This document shows positions 60,624-64,000 of a stretch of 64,000 nt of DNA, piece after piece (within the stretch, counting starts at the first letter, position 1; the number at the start of each line of letters is the position of its first letter). The notes beneath the pieces are model-generated. The model saw nothing but the letters and a program-made list of their open reading frames with translations, did no database searches and had not been told where the DNA came from. A program made the position numbers and the translations under genes. Origin of the DNA: Balanoglossus misakiensis (lineage: Eukaryota > Animalia > Hemichordata); assembly GCA_040954595.2 (NCBI GenBank), contig CM082579.2, positions 12,401,834 through 12,465,833 of the forward strand, written 5' to 3'.

Positions 60624-62903
60624 TCTTTTCCCGACGGTGCTTGGTTGTCTCCTACAGGTAAACTAAAGTGAAAAAGTAAAGTTACATAAAATACATAAAC
60701 TGTATTTATGAAGCGTTTTTCTTACTTTACTACCATGTTTTCCCTCACCAAACTAAAATTCATTGCTTCATTAGTTTGTATTATATTCACGCCTTATAAC
60801 TAGGCAGTTTGAAAGAAAGACCGGAAGATTTTATGTAAAATACAGGATAGTAAGAACCATGGGTGCAAGATGGAAGAAAAAGTGGTATAAATTGTGATAC
60901 GCACAAATAAAGCCAATGGTGACTTACCCGATCAGTTGCGACGATCTTGATCAATCCACTGCTCAAGAAGCTGTGCGAAGTGGACGAATTCCTCTTAGTT
61001 AATCTGCACAATTCTGGAATTTTATCAACATGCGTGACTTCGCTGTGATTTTAACAGATCTTATCTAAATAACCGATACATTGTGGTTGTCGCCGTCGCT
61101 TTACGGATGGGCTTTGCCAGCAGAATATTAATAGGCATCGTCAAGTTGTTTTATCACGATTGTGATATGATCGGAATATGACTGTAGCAGTGTAATTATA
61201 TTAAATGTTAGCCGTGGTGAATTTCGGATAGGGGCACAAAAGATAAGATAGGAATGGCTATAGTTTAGACACTCTAGGTATTTAATAAGTGGTCGTCGGG
61301 CTGCGCATGCTCGTGAGTCATGGAGGAAGGAGTGCTCTCAATAAGCGTGACAAAGATACGTTTGCATGCAGCACACAATGATTGTACAAGTGAAAAGCTG
61401 TATAATTAATAGATTTATAGTGTTTTCTCAAATTGTAAACGAAAAAATACTTTTTAATATAGCAGCCTTAAACAGGAATTTAATTCGTGCTGGGGGGTCT
61501 TATCACATTACAATAATTGCAAAGTGGGTAAAAAGAGGTTTGAAGTGAGGGTATGATATTTACCTGTATTTCAAGACTTCTCTCTATCAGAATGTCATGT
61601 TAGTCTTTGTAGTTACTATATAGAACTCGTTCGGTTGATATATATTTTTTTTCTCTTACAAAATGTCAGCCTGATTACACACTAATTGAAAGAAATACGC
61701 TATATTGAAAGGCTGTCGACCACATGATATTTAAATCACTCTGCTAGGTAGCAAAAACTATTTAAGGTTGTGAGATTTGCTAAGGGGCAACTTGCCGCTT
61801 GAAATGTATAATCCACAGTTATTTGTACATCTTAGTCTTTCTTTCTTCCTCATATATGTTGAAATAGTAAGGGCTTCTATTTGTAAACACTCTAAGTATT
61901 TAACGTGTATCACATTATTCACAGCTAAATTATACTAAAGTTTTCTCCACTGGAATCATCAGGGTGTGATAGCAAGCCGAATATTAATGATTCAAAATTC
62001 CACATTTGTTGACACAGACCTGCACTACATATTAGTCAAATAAGGGGCCCGTTTGGATTTGCAGAAGGAAAAGTCAATTGCCAGTTGTTCTGATTTGACA
62101 AAATGACAAAATACAATCTATGTCATTATTGCCTGTGATAATGTGATTATAATATTGTTATGTTGTTAGTAGTATTCAAGTAGGATACATCAGCCTTGCC
62201 AAGTTAAATGGTTCAGTAATTTGCATGTTTTATGTTCAGTTCCTTGTTAGTTGTATGGATGAACTTCTGATCAAATTGTTGAAAGCCATACCCCAAAACG
62301 GCGGCACGCATACTTGTTGACAAACACAAACAAGTATAACAGGGACAAATGGCCACTGGACATCAGAACACCACCCTTGGGTATTGAACTGTTTTATAGG
62401 CAAAGATTGGTACTTCGACCTGACCGTTAGAAAAAAAATCATGTGAAATTCCCCACTTAGTCCCACAATCCTCCCCAAGAGGAAAACATTAGATGATATG
62501 CGCTAATCGTGTTGATCAAAATCCCGAGTGTCGATATTTGTTTTGCAAGCAAATTTCCATGTTGCCAAGCATTCGCCCAGTGGTGGAAACAGTGATGAGT
62601 GTCAAACTGTGCACAAGAACGTTTTGACAAAATTACTCATTGACAAATGCCCGCTTCAGTTCATATTACGGTTTTAGCCGAATTCAAAATAGTTTTACTG
62701 TGTGCGCGATAAAATAAACTCTCGGATAAGAAAATGACAACAGAGCCTGCCGCAGATGTAGGATGTGCAATATTTACCCTCAAAATCCGCCATGACGTTG
62801 CACATAAATATGGACTTTCATTTAGTGTCCACATTAGATTTATTCAACAAATGCCTTTTTACATTCGAATTACTGCTAATAGACTAGCATCAGTAGACGT
62901 TAA

Positions 62904-63354
62904 AGGCACATAAGCTGCAACTTTGGGGATAATTATCTTTTTTTTCAAACTTTACTACCATTAGCCCATGCAGATGTAGGCACTGAACTACATACAAGTA
63001 TTATTAACCATTTGCCGCAAAGAAATATAGTCGCCAACGTGGGAAAATGCAAGAAACAATGAAAACGTTGCATTTCAAACTATGAAATTTCATAAACAAA
63101 GCATGATCTCATTAACAAGAACTCATGGAAGTAAATGTACTATGCTGAGACATTACATTTTCATTTTTCGTATCAATATTGCGCTCTTTTAAAAATTGCA
63201 GGAATGTTTTACTTTCTTTAAGTTTTTGGCCATTTTGTTATAAATAAGTGTTGATCTTGACATACTATCTTGAAATATCATTTAATAGACATAATTAAAA
63301 GCATATATGGTATTATCTAAAACTTATTTTTATCCAGTTGCAGCTCATGTGCCT
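62904..63354. mobile_element. MITE, Kolobok-type (TTAA TSD, 19-bp TIR)
   Basis: ttaa|aggcacataagctgcaact ... agttgcagctcatgtgcct|ttaa (18/19). Confidence 0.85.
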
Positions 63355-64000
63355 TTAACTTGAAGTTTTCGAAGTAGTTTGGGTCAATGTTTTTACATAA
63401 GTTGAAAACATCACTTCATTTGACAAAGTATAATTGTTATTTTTTCTACATTAAATGCCAACCAATAACAACAGTTCCGATTTAATCTATCTTAAGGTTT
63501 ATCTAAAGTTCACCAACAAAGTTAAAATTTTGACCAAACTTTGCGATAGCCTGTGGCCATGACCTACTTACGCATATCTCAGCTTGTACATGTGTGGATC
63601 TGGTATTTGTTGTCTCATCAATGCAACTTTTCGCATTTAGATTTATTTCTGTTGCAAAGCCATTGTGATCACAAAAAGTCCATTTTTACTACATGCATTT
63701 TAAGTTCAAGTTCTACCGGCTGACCAACATTGACTGGGGGTTTACGATGGTCAAGACATATATTACAAAATGCTCACCTTAATTAAAAAGGAATTCTGGC
63801 CGACAACATGTTTGGTCCAACAATACATCTGGGGCACAATATACAACTGAAATGTCCTGGCTTTGCCTATTTTGGCAGATTTTAGTGTCCCATTCTCCGC
63901 GACCAACATATATAATCGCGATCGGTCGTGACTAGATCTGATAACATCTGCAATCAATACGATGACTATTGTAAACACAAGTTCTGACCGATCGTACTAA

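Overview
Eukaryotic, AT-rich, intron-rich DNA; the gene content and repeats suggest a marine invertebrate (inference, species not determinable). (1) 1-9.5 kb: a Penelope-like GIY-YIG remnant, a pentraxin-domain exon, and a young APE+RT LINE whose 3' UTR is interrupted by a Kolobok-type element with 403-bp inverted repeats. (2) 13.5-60.6 kb, minus strand: one giant gene of roughly 55 exons for a secreted protein (signal peptide, QPD-type C-type lectin, EGF/Cys-rich modules, many FN3/Ig-like 'D-x-T/S-PP' repeats, a DUF642-like module). Its 5' half is clean, but its 3' half carries two in-frame stops and two unresolved junctions. (3) The standout sits in one intron of that gene: an ~11.5-kb insertion (31245-42769) bounded by a 15-bp direct repeat and blocky subterminal inverted repeats. 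It encodes a 13-exon, ~1000-aa P-element-like DDE transposase with an N-terminal Myb/SANT-like domain instead of THAP, plus a convergently transcribed HIRAN-domain gene, and is a candidate undescribed two-gene transposon family. Many MITEs (TTAA, TA and 7-bp TSD classes), Helentron-type and Crypton-type non-autonomous elements, and microsatellites fill the introns. All exon coordinates were traced by eye.
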